Of a stretch of 64,000 bases of DNA, positions 9,480 to 17,339 are shown piece after piece. Position numbers and translations under genes: made by a program. The notes below the pieces were generated by a model. It made no database searches, was not told where the DNA came from, and saw nothing but the letters and a program-made list of their open reading frames with translations. Position 1 is the first letter of the stretch; each line of letters opens with the position of its first letter. The stretch is from an uncultured Acidobacteriota bacterium (GTDB taxonomy: Bacteria; Acidobacteriota; Blastocatellia; Pyrinomonadales; Pyrinomonadaceae). Location of the stretch: contig CADEGD010000004.1 of NCBI GenBank assembly GCA_902826795.1, forward strand, positions 94,155 through 158,154. Reading direction: 5' to 3'.

Positions 9480-9494
9480 ATGCAAAATAATACC

Positions 9495-9577
9495 TTTGCC
9501 CGCGAATAACGCGAATCACCGCGAATAGAAATCAAGACCTGTCTTATTCGCGAACATTCGCGTTATTCGCGGGCAAA
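9495..9577. repeat. nested palindromic intergenic element (22-bp perfect inverted repeat made of CGCGAAT words)
   Basis: TTTGCCCGCGAATAACGCGAAT at 9495-9516 pairs with ATTCGCGTTATTCGCGGGCAAA at 9556-9577. The loop holds a further CGCGAATAGA / TCTTATTCGCG pair. It fills the gap between two minus-strand genes. Confidence 0.7.
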
Positions 9578-9581
9578 CTCT

Positions 9582-10016
9582 CTAAGCCGCCGCCGATTTA
9601 TCCGCCTCGTGCGGAGCGTCGCAGTTGATCATCCAGTTGATGCCGAATTTATCGGTCAACATGCCGAACGCCTCGGCCCAGAACGTCTTATCCAGCGGCA
9701 TCGTAACGGTTCCGCCGTCCGACAAGTTGGCGAAATATTCTTTCGCCTTGTCTACGTCGTCCAGCCCGATCGCCAGCGAGATGTTCCCGCCGGTCGAAAA
9801 ATTCGGCGAATGAAAATCGTCGCAAAACATTATGTTCGACCCGCCGATATTCATGGTCGCATGCATTATCGCGTCCGGGCTGCCCATGTTCTCCATCGGC
9901 GAATCGCCGTATGTCTGCGCGTAAACCTCGGTCGCGCCCAGGGCCTGTTTATAAAAATCCAGAGCCTCACGACAATTGCCCCTAAACGCCACGTATGGAC
10001 TCACACCTATACTCAT
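9582..10016 (-). CDS. VOC/glyoxalase-fold protein (PhnB-like)
   Basis: 144 aa. YVAFRGNCREALDFYKQALGA start and GINWMI near the C-terminus are typical of PhnB-like proteins. Confidence 0.8.
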   Translation of the reverse strand: MSIGVSPYVAFRGNCREALDFYKQALGATEVYAQTYGDSPMENMGSPDAIMHATMNIGGSNIMFCDDFHSPNFSTGGNISLAIGLDDVDKAKEYFANLSDGGTVTMPLDKTFWAEAFGMLTDKFGINWMINCDAPHEADKSAAA

Positions 10017-10017
10017 A

Positions 10018-10635
10018 TCATTTCTCCTTTTCGGCCTTAGGCCTTTCGTATTTCCAATTTCGTGACTTCCCCTCGCTCAGCCATTCGATCGCCGTTGCGA
10101 TCCGCTTATCCCGCGTCGCATCGGTCTTCGCCTCGGCGATCCATTCCGAATATTCCCGCCTGTGAGACGGGCTAAATTTATCGAACGCGGCCTTAGCTAT
10201 TTTGTTCTTAGATAATGCGGATGTTAGTTCTTTCGGAACGACGATCTCGCCTTTCGGGGACATCGTTCTCGGAACGTTGACGCCTTTCTCGTTCAGCTCC
10301 ATCGCCTGTTGGATCAGTGGAACGAGCTCTTTATCTTTCGGAAGGTCCTTGACCGATGCGATCCGCGCTAGCCCCTCAAGCATCGCTTTGTTACCGGATA
10401 GTTCGCCGGTTTTCAAAAGAGCCTCTTTCCAGAACATGAATTTCACATGCTCCTTGAACGCCGCGAATCCGCACAAAATGCCCTTGTGTTCGAAAGCAGG
10501 CATGCTCCACTTCAGCGACTCCTTCACGTCTGGACACGTCTTGTGAACCAGCTTCCGCAGGTGTTCAAGTATCGGGCGTGCAAAATCTCGCGACTTCTCA
10601 ATGTAAGCGTCGATTCTCTTGTCGAACTCAGGCAT
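10018..10635 (-). CDS. DUF1801 + YdeI/OmpD-associated family protein
   Basis: 205 aa. The N-terminal half is YdhG/DUF1801-like. The C-terminal half (FDKFSPSHRREYSEWIAEAKTDATRDKRI) is YdeI-like. Confidence 0.75.
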   Translation of the reverse strand: MPEFDKRIDAYIEKSRDFARPILEHLRKLVHKTCPDVKESLKWSMPAFEHKGILCGFAAFKEHVKFMFWKEALLKTGELSGNKAMLEGLARIASVKDLPKDKELVPLIQQAMELNEKGVNVPRTMSPKGEIVVPKELTSALSKNKIAKAAFDKFSPSHRREYSEWIAEAKTDATRDKRIATAIEWLSEGKSRNWKYERPKAEKEK

Positions 10636-10718
10636 GATCTCCGGCTCGCGTCGTCAAAGGGCGGACTATTTAGATCGGCGCAGATTATATCCGATTTTGA
10701 CCAGAGCTTCCTCTTCTG

Positions 10719-10793
10719 TTCGTGAATTTTTTCGTGCGTTTCGTGTTTTTCGTGGATCCTGTTTCTGTGCTTTGTGGTTCGTGTCTCCGGTTC
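10719..10793. repeat. five direct TTCGTG words in a T/G-rich intergenic tract
   Basis: TTCGTG at 10719, 10731, 10740, 10749 and 10788. The tract lies between two minus-strand genes. Confidence 0.5.
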
Positions 10794-10819
10794 CGTGTTG
10801 TGCGATCGTCAGCCGACGA

Positions 10820-11299
10820 TTACTTCCGAAGTTCCTTCCTGATCACCAGCTTCAACCCCGACCACTGCTCATCAACCGCGCAAACCTTCACATCCACCAG
10901 CCCGAGCGGCAACGCACCCTCGCGGATCGTATCTTCGGTGATCTCGGTCGGCAGCTTGGCCGCCTTCTTATACCACGAAACCCAGATCATCCCGTCCGGC
11001 TTGATCACGGTTCGAGCCTCGTCCAAAACCCGAAACAACTCATCCCGCGAATTGGTGAAAATATGAAGCAGATCAACCGCCGAGGCAGAAACACGATCGT
11101 CAGGGAGTGTGTCCAAAGCGGCCGAGGCAGAAACACGACCGTCTGTGAGCGTGTCCAACGCCGCCATACTGAGACCGTCCGGCAGCGGCTCGACCAGCCC
11201 GGCATAATCACCCGGATAACCCATCACCACGACCTTCATACCAGGCTTTATCCCCAGCTTCTTCGCCAACGGCGTCCCCGAATATCCTGCTGTTTTCAT
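10820..11299 (-). CDS. DUF3052 family protein with internal 14-aa duplication
   Basis: 159 aa with the AGYSGTPLAKKLGIKPGMKV start typical of DUF3052. Contains the in-frame 42-bp tandem duplication. Confidence 0.7.
   Translation of the reverse strand: MKTAGYSGTPLAKKLGIKPGMKVVVMGYPGDYAGLVEPLPDGLSMAALDTLTDGRVSASAALDTLPDDRVSASAVDLLHIFTNSRDELFRVLDEARTVIKPDGMIWVSWYKKAAKLPTEITEDTIREGALPLGLVDVKVCAVDEQWSGLKLVIRKELRK
11079..11162 (-). repeat. 42-bp tandem duplication (2 copies, in frame)
   Basis: Copy 1 (11079-11120) and copy 2 (11121-11162) are near identical. Both begin GCCGAGGCAGAAACACGA. They encode ALDTLTDGRVSASA / ALDTLPDDRVSASA. Confidence 0.9.
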
Positions 11300-11337
11300 A
11301 GGTCGTAAAATGCAGAAGCCCGCACGTTAGTAAGGGC

Positions 11338-11763
11338 TTAACGTTCAACCAAGCCATAAGGCGTCGGTTGGCTCAAAACTCGAACAAAGCCGAGTTCGGT
11401 TATTGATGAGGTTGCAAGCTGGGTCTTGCCTTTCGCGAGTGTTGCCTGATAGGAGTTCACGCGATATCCGACCGCAATGATTGCATCGAGGTTATAGAAA
11501 TCAATTTCTCGTTCAACGTCCCGATTTCCCTCGCGTTGAACTATTCGAATTTTTCGAATAGTTGAATCGGACCGTAATTCTTCAGAGGCAAAGATTTCTT
11601 TCAGATGATAATTGACGGTGTTAACTTCGACGCCGAAAAGCTCGGAGATCAGCTTTTGTTGAAGCCAAAACGTTTCTTCCTCGTAGCGAAGCGACACCTT
11701 CGTTTGCCCGTCCGGTGAGTTATATAGAATGAGGTCGAAATCTTGCTTCCCGGTTTCGTTCAT
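11338..11763 (-). pseudogene. RhuM-family protein, N-terminal fragment fused to a short PIN-like segment
   Basis: 141 aa. RhuM-like up to ..FYNLDAIIAVGYRVNSYQAT. It then diverges to LATSSITELGFVRVLSQPTPYG and stops. Full-length RhuM proteins are roughly twice as long. Confidence 0.6.
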
Positions 11764-11804
11764 CTCCTTACCTTTCCACTCTTATCGCGATCATCTGTTC
11801 CCAC

Positions 11805-14609
11805 TTAGCAGAGCGCGTTCTTAATTCTTTCATATGTCCGTTTTACCAGATACATGATCGAAAGCCGTGGCAGCGCGTTCTTGATCTTGAATAATATCCA
11901 TCGATACGCGGCTTGCAGGTAATCCATGAAGGAAAGGACCGGAGAGCTCGTAGCCGCAGCATGAATCGCGGAGCGATTTCCCCACACGATCAATCCCGAA
12001 AATGCCGCGAACCACATTGCAAGATGAGCCTTCAGATAAAAGCCTAGTTCTCCGATCAACCACCACATCGCGGCGACCGGCCGGGGCGAATATTCGCCGT
12101 ACCACCGAGACAGCTTGCGAGATACGCGCTCGCCGAACGATAGCGGAGGCTTTTTCTTCGGCAGCGGCTCGTACGCCGGACCGCCGCTAACTGTCCGGGT
12201 CGATGCTTCCCATCCTTCTTTCGACTTCGGCCACCGAAACTTCGGGTACATTCGGCGAATGTCGGCCCATGCGTATTCGCGCGTTCCGACGAAAAAGCCG
12301 TTGCCGTATATCTCGCGCCAATAGTAATTCATGTCGCCAAGTTTTTCTTGTGCGACCAACAGTGAATACAAGGCGTCGCTGCCGGCTTTTGTATGCGGAT
12401 ATTTTTCTACTATTTCTTGATAGACCAGAATCGCCAGTGCGAGCGTATCGTGATGTTTCGAATAGTCGAACATTATCTGCGACTCGTTCGGCTGTCGTCC
12501 ATTTTTCCCGACTGACAGGTCGTAAAGATGATATATGCGCACACCGCCCCAAAGGCTCGGGTTGTAGAAAAGAAGCGTGTCCGCGTCGTAAAAATAGCTC
12601 GCATATTGATACATCGCCTCAGCCTTCGCTTCATCCCCTTGGGCAGCGGCTACCTTTTTTTCAAGTTGCTCAAGGATATCTATGGTCTGCAGGTCCTGCA
12701 TCACCCAGCCCGATCTGATCGCCGAATCGTCGTCGTACGAGGGTTCCTTAGAGTACCTTCGGCTTCGTCCGTAAATGTCGTTGCTTTCGACGGGCCTGTA
12801 TTCGGTACGGACGCGATTAAGCGTTTGCCGTGCCTCGCTCCAGCGTTTTTCACGCATGTATCTTAGCCCAAGCGAATACAACAGCATTTCCCGTTGAGGC
12901 AAAACTTGATGATCATCAATGAACTTTGCAAGGCGGTCGGTTGGCATCAACACATCTAGGAAGTAAGCAATGTCTTCCCTGTATTCCAGCAACAGATACT
13001 GTTCCAATGCTCCTTCAAGATCACCTTCGTCTTCCGCCGTGATAGCGAGCAATCGCCGGGCGCCACGGGTTAGCTTAGATTTTGGGAACTCAATGACAAG
13101 TTTAGTGAAAGTAAGCCTGGCGCCCTTCAGATTGCCGGAAGCATGCTGAGCGGAACCCACGATCCACGTTGCCTGTGCTCGCACTTCGCCGTCAATGCCC
13201 AACGCCAAAGCCTTTTTGCCATTAAATTCAGCCTGTTTCCAGTTCTGCAGTTCCAGGTTTGCCTGAGCTATTCTCAAAACGAACCCGCCGCTTATTCGGG
13301 TTGCTGGATAACGCTTCATCATTGCCGAAGCAAACCGGACCGTTCGTTCAAGCTCATGTTTCCCGCGGCTTGTCGCATTTGCTACTTCCGTTTCTCGAGA
13401 TCGCTTCGACTCTGAATCAGACCCGTACCATGACTCTACCTCTCGATACGTAAGGTCGATCGCGTAGTTGTAAATGCGGTGGTACGCGTAAGCCAGCGCA
13501 GCATTCGCGTCCGATTCGATTAGCGCCTCGGTTCGGTCTAGAACATCGTCAGAATAGCTGTGGCCGATCAACTGAAGCGACTTCTTTGCTTCCAGCCGCG
13601 CATTTCGGTCAGCGGGATCGCCAAGCATTCTGTAATATTCCGAGAGAGCTTCGGCTCGCTCGCCGCCTTGTGCAAGCATGAATGCCAGCCAGCCGCGCAC
13701 ATCAGTTCTGTAGCGGCCGTTTGGAAAGTCTCGCTGCAGGTCGCGAAGGGCCTTTACTGAACGCGTCCACATTTCATCTCGGCATCGTTCCGCGGACTCG
13801 GGTTGTTGCAGATCGAAAGCCTCGCCGAAATTATCGACCGGATAATCCCCGCAACCCGCATGCTCGAATGCGTAGCTTTGCCCCATCAATATTCGCGCGG
13901 CCATGAATTTTGCCGCCTCATTCTTCTCGCTTTTTGGAAAGCTCCTAACATGATCGACGAAAGCGGCCAGCGCTTCTTCGGTCTTCTTATCCTTATACAG
14001 TCCGGCAGCATGCAAATAAGCCCAGTTGTCGGCAAGTCGGGGGTCGGATCGCGCCGATTCTGCAGTTTGCTCGGGTCGGCTTTCATCATGGGCGATTCGG
14101 CTGGCAACATAGTCCTTCACGGATTCAAGCTTGGCTCCGCGGTCGAGTTCTTTCATTGCATCGACGAGGTCGTACGCGGAGTTTCGACGCTCCTGCCGGT
14201 CACCATCTTCGTCGATCGAACGGCTAGCCGTGAGCGATAGATATTCTTCAAGCCCGACTCTCGCGGCGCGCATCTCACCTTTGCCGATAAGCTCGGTTGC
14301 CTGTTCCCATACAAGCGAAGACTTTGAAGGCTGATCACTGCTTGAACCCGAGGGTTCGGTCGACCATTCGTTCCAAGTTGACTCGCCGTTGGCGATCTCT
14401 CTGTCTTTCTCTGCGTCGTAGCTGATAGGCAGCGGTGGAAGTCGATAGAATCCGCGTCCGTAACGCTCACTGTTAAATCGGACCGATTCGTCCGACGAAA
14501 AGTACCATCCACACGCCATTGCGGCGGCGGTAAAGGCGGTCAAAACTCCGGCCGCCAGAAGCAAATTACGCAGTCGAATTTTTACCCAGCTTTTGGCAAC
14601 GCGAGTCAT
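11805..14609 (-). CDS. large membrane-anchored helical-repeat (TPR-like) protein
   Basis: 934 aa with an N-terminal TM anchor and C-terminal hydrophobic helices. The middle is helical and TPR-like. Starts 4 nt after the upstream gene. Confidence 0.65.
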   Translation of the reverse strand: MTRVAKSWVKIRLRNLLLAAGVLTAFTAAAMACGWYFSSDESVRFNSERYGRGFYRLPPLPISYDAEKDREIANGESTWNEWSTEPSGSSSDQPSKSSLVWEQATELIGKGEMRAARVGLEEYLSLTASRSIDEDGDRQERRNSAYDLVDAMKELDRGAKLESVKDYVASRIAHDESRPEQTAESARSDPRLADNWAYLHAAGLYKDKKTEEALAAFVDHVRSFPKSEKNEAAKFMAARILMGQSYAFEHAGCGDYPVDNFGEAFDLQQPESAERCRDEMWTRSVKALRDLQRDFPNGRYRTDVRGWLAFMLAQGGERAEALSEYYRMLGDPADRNARLEAKKSLQLIGHSYSDDVLDRTEALIESDANAALAYAYHRIYNYAIDLTYREVESWYGSDSESKRSRETEVANATSRGKHELERTVRFASAMMKRYPATRISGGFVLRIAQANLELQNWKQAEFNGKKALALGIDGEVRAQATWIVGSAQHASGNLKGARLTFTKLVIEFPKSKLTRGARRLLAITAEDEGDLEGALEQYLLLEYREDIAYFLDVLMPTDRLAKFIDDHQVLPQREMLLYSLGLRYMREKRWSEARQTLNRVRTEYRPVESNDIYGRSRRYSKEPSYDDDSAIRSGWVMQDLQTIDILEQLEKKVAAAQGDEAKAEAMYQYASYFYDADTLLFYNPSLWGGVRIYHLYDLSVGKNGRQPNESQIMFDYSKHHDTLALAILVYQEIVEKYPHTKAGSDALYSLLVAQEKLGDMNYYWREIYGNGFFVGTREYAWADIRRMYPKFRWPKSKEGWEASTRTVSGGPAYEPLPKKKPPLSFGERVSRKLSRWYGEYSPRPVAAMWWLIGELGFYLKAHLAMWFAAFSGLIVWGNRSAIHAAATSSPVLSFMDYLQAAYRWILFKIKNALPRLSIMYLVKRTYERIKNALC

Positions 14610-14613
14610 GATT

Positions 14614-16092
14614 CTACTCTCCCGTGAATTTAGTGATATCGATACTCTTTCGAACGAGCTGTCCGCTGTCCAAGCGCATAGAAACCGTCGCTTGTAACGG
14701 CGCGAGGCGAGCCGTAATGCTTGTGGTCGCTATGTCGCCTGCTATCCAAGAACGACTGCGAAAGCGAAGGGTGTTTGCCCGCTTTCTTGAGCACGGCGTG
14801 ACGTCCTCTCCATGAGTGCAGAGCCATTCAAAACTCGTGAATCCTTGGCCGAGCCCAACACCTTTTATGCTTTCGGGTTGCACCGCGAGATCAAGCATGA
14901 ATGCTTCATCGTTGAGTTCAGAACGGGTTGTTCCGGTGTTCTCGGCGATAAGCCGGAAACTCCCGCCTTCTTCCATCCGAACGGCCACTTCCGTTGACGG
15001 GATAGCCGGCTCGTCTTTCAAAGCACTCGCGATCTCACGAATTTTGAGGGCGGTTCGATCCCCGTCAGTGGGTAGGCGAAAGATCGTGATTCCTTTTAGA
15101 TATTTCCCCCCGTTATCTCGAACCGCTGCCGCACTTGCGCGAAGCGACGCATGACTCGGTATTTCGAGCATGAGTGTCTCGCCGCTCCTTATGATCGTGC
15201 CATCGATGACAGCATCTTGTTTGGATCGGTAGAGGTAGAAGGTTTCGCGTGATGAACCGGCATTGGTCGTCACGAGCTCAAGCTGATCGGACGACGCCGC
15301 CAAAGAGGGATCGAAGTCGCCACGGATCTCGACAAGTTCGCCATCGGTATCGAACAGTGCCGCGTAGCCATAAGCCGATAACCCGGCATTAAACGGACGA
15401 CCAAGCCGGGCGGCTCCTGAAACAATTGCCGCGACCTCCTTAGACGTCGAGACAGCCGAACGTTCTCCTAACTGTTTCGGCCGTGTGAGTCCATAGCATT
15501 GCGGTATCCAAAGATCCACCTGCTCAAGTACGGACGGCAGCGACGCAGACCCGATCCACGTGGGAAGCCCCGTGATAGAAAGAATTGTTCCTTCAGGAAG
15601 TTTCGTTCGGAGTGTCGAAAGCAACTCCGCGTAGCTCAACAGCCTGCCCGTCGGTACATCAAGATCGAGTTGAATTCCACCGACTTTTGAGCCTCGGCTC
15701 TCAGCTTCGATTTTGTCCCGTCGGTAAACTTCAGCAATAAAGGCGGCTGTTGCTCCGGGATCCAGATCCTTCCAGTTCTCGAGCAAACCGCGCGTCGCGT
15801 TGTATGCCAGGTGTGTTTCGATTCCCGTCGGGGTATCGCCGAGCGGAGCCCTTATCCTGACGGTTGAGCCTTGAGCAAGGTCCAATTGTCCGGCCCGCAA
15901 GTAGATAGTGTTCGCTTGTAGTGAGTCTTTCGCGGCTCGTACCGCATCGCTGGAGGGGTTTTGATTTCGCCAAGCCCAAAAGGAAATAGGGATTTCTTCC
16001 GGCTTCCACGCCGCCGGACGATCAAGTTGCCCAAAGTAGAAGAGTGCCGCCACGAACAGCCCGGCAGCGAGAGCGAGGATACTTGTTTTCAA
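14614..16092 (-). CDS. membrane-anchored DUF3142-like protein (putative glycoside-hydrolase-like barrel)
   Basis: 492 aa with a TTG start and an N-terminal TM. FWAWRNQ.. and GIQLDLDVPTGRLLSYAELLSTLRTKLPEGTILSITGLPTW resemble DUF3142 from memory. Confidence 0.55.
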   Translation of the reverse strand: MKTSILALAAGLFVAALFYFGQLDRPAAWKPEEIPISFWAWRNQNPSSDAVRAAKDSLQANTIYLRAGQLDLAQGSTVRIRAPLGDTPTGIETHLAYNATRGLLENWKDLDPGATAAFIAEVYRRDKIEAESRGSKVGGIQLDLDVPTGRLLSYAELLSTLRTKLPEGTILSITGLPTWIGSASLPSVLEQVDLWIPQCYGLTRPKQLGERSAVSTSKEVAAIVSGAARLGRPFNAGLSAYGYAALFDTDGELVEIRGDFDPSLAASSDQLELVTTNAGSSRETFYLYRSKQDAVIDGTIIRSGETLMLEIPSHASLRASAAAVRDNGGKYLKGITIFRLPTDGDRTALKIREIASALKDEPAIPSTEVAVRMEEGGSFRLIAENTGTTRSELNDEAFMLDLAVQPESIKGVGLGQGFTSFEWLCTHGEDVTPCSRKRANTLRFRSRSWIAGDIATTSITARLAPLQATVSMRLDSGQLVRKSIDITKFTGE

Positions 16093-16284
16093 TGACTACG
16101 ACCCGATACCTTGATAAATCGTGATGAGATTGTACGCCCAACTTTTGTAAAGTCAATAACTATTTTCAATCGAATAGACAAATTTTTCTTAAGGCTAATT
16201 TCAGACGGCGCCCGAACTTAAAATGCTAGCCATAGCCCACGAGTTTTACCGATAGCGGTGGCTCACAAAGCTTGAAGCCGAAGA

Positions 16285-16779
16285 TCAATCGTCCTTCCTT
16301 TTTCGAAGGCGTTTGGGGCCGGAGACGTTGATGGTTTCGGAGAGTTTTAGGTAGAGGTTGCCGATTGCGTCGGTGCTGGGGGTGAGGAATTTTACGGTGC
16401 CGGGGACGCGGATGTTGAAGTGTTTGCAGAATGGTCCGGCCCAGAGGGTGCGGGACGAGTGTTGAGTGTCTTTGAATACGAACGCGTTGGTGGAAGTTAT
16501 GGCGTCGGTCTTTTCAAGGATGATCATGTCCTTTGCCCGGTTGTAGTAGAGATAAACCCCGAACGGCCGGCCCATCATCTTATGTGCTTTCGCATTCAGG
16601 AAGATCCGTCCCTTGCGGTCGATCGTAACGTGGACTCGTTCTTTGTAAGACAGCGTCGGCCCGCCCATGAATTTTTCACATTGTCTGTCTATCGTATGCA
16701 TATTTTTTGGTCGAGTGCCGTAGCAGCACGTATGTTGCATAAATAGCACGCCTTGTTTTATGAAGTCAAGCTTTTTCAT
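16285..16779 (-). CDS. hypothetical protein with AbrB/MraZ-like segment
   Basis: 164 aa, start uncertain (several internal Met). VTIDRKGRIFLNAKAHKMMG resembles swapped-hairpin DNA binders. Basic tail KRLRKRK. Confidence 0.4.
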   Translation of the reverse strand: MKKLDFIKQGVLFMQHTCCYGTRPKNMHTIDRQCEKFMGGPTLSYKERVHVTIDRKGRIFLNAKAHKMMGRPFGVYLYYNRAKDMIILEKTDAITSTNAFVFKDTQHSSRTLWAGPFCKHFNIRVPGTVKFLTPSTDAIGNLYLKLSETINVSGPKRLRKRKDD

Positions 16780-16864
16780 CTGGACTCATTCCTGTTCTGT
16801 AGTGAAAAGATCCTGACGAACGAACCACAGATCAAGAAGACGAAGAAGAACAGATCTGATCCGG

Positions 16865-16928
16865 AACCAAAGACAAAAGACCAAAGATCGGAAACCAAAG
16901 ACCAAAGATCAAAGATCAAAAACCAAAG
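16865..16928 (+). repeat. A/C-rich microsatellite-like tract (ACCAAAGA / GATCAAA words)
   Basis: Sequence is AACCAAAGACAAAAGACCAAAGATCGGAAACCAAAGACCAAAGATCAAAGATCAAAAACCAAAG. Confidence 0.6.
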
Positions 16929-17007
16929 CGAATATCACCGATCACTTTCGCCGCCATCGGATTATCCATCACATCCATGGGCACTTTCGGCACTATCGTG
17001 AAAAACG

Positions 17008-17062
17008 GGTCGAAAACGGTCGAAAAAAATGCTGCGCCAAACGTAAAAAAGCTGCGCCAAAC
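17008..17062 (+). repeat. short tandem word pairs
   Basis: GGTCGAAAA at 17008 and 17018 (period 10). GCTGCGCCAAAC at 17031 and 17051 (period 20). Confidence 0.6.
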
Positions 17063-17339
17063 AATCAAAACTTGTGCGCTGGAGATAGTTCGGCCATTTT
17101 CCGGAGTCGCTTTACGCGCAATTATCCGGTACGCGCCCGGTTGATAAATCATTCCTATTGCCGGATAATCGAGAGTTTTGATATCCCGCCCCGACAAGGC
17201 CTTGTTATCGTTCGTGTAAATTCGTGATCGCTGGTGTTTATTGGTGGATAAGCCGAAGATGTTTATCCACGAAATACGCGAAACACGATGATAGATCGCA
17301 CGGATAAAGGCATCGTCGAGGCTAATTTAAGACAACAAT

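Noticed and set aside
10619-11308. 229-aa plus-strand ORF over the DUF3052 gene and the TTCGTG tract
   Set aside because: It is opposite a recognisable DUF3052 frame. It is Arg/Pro-rich and runs through a low-complexity repeat.
16790-17070. Possible CRISPR array or minisatellite in the repeat-rich region upstream of hppA
   Set aside because: The repeat units are only 7-12 bp with 10-20-bp periods. There is no 25-40-bp repeat/spacer alternation and there are no cas genes in the window.
16916-17197. 93-aa minus-strand ORF in the hppA upstream region
   Set aside because: It runs through low-complexity repeats, has no SD or recognisable features, and was treated as non-coding.
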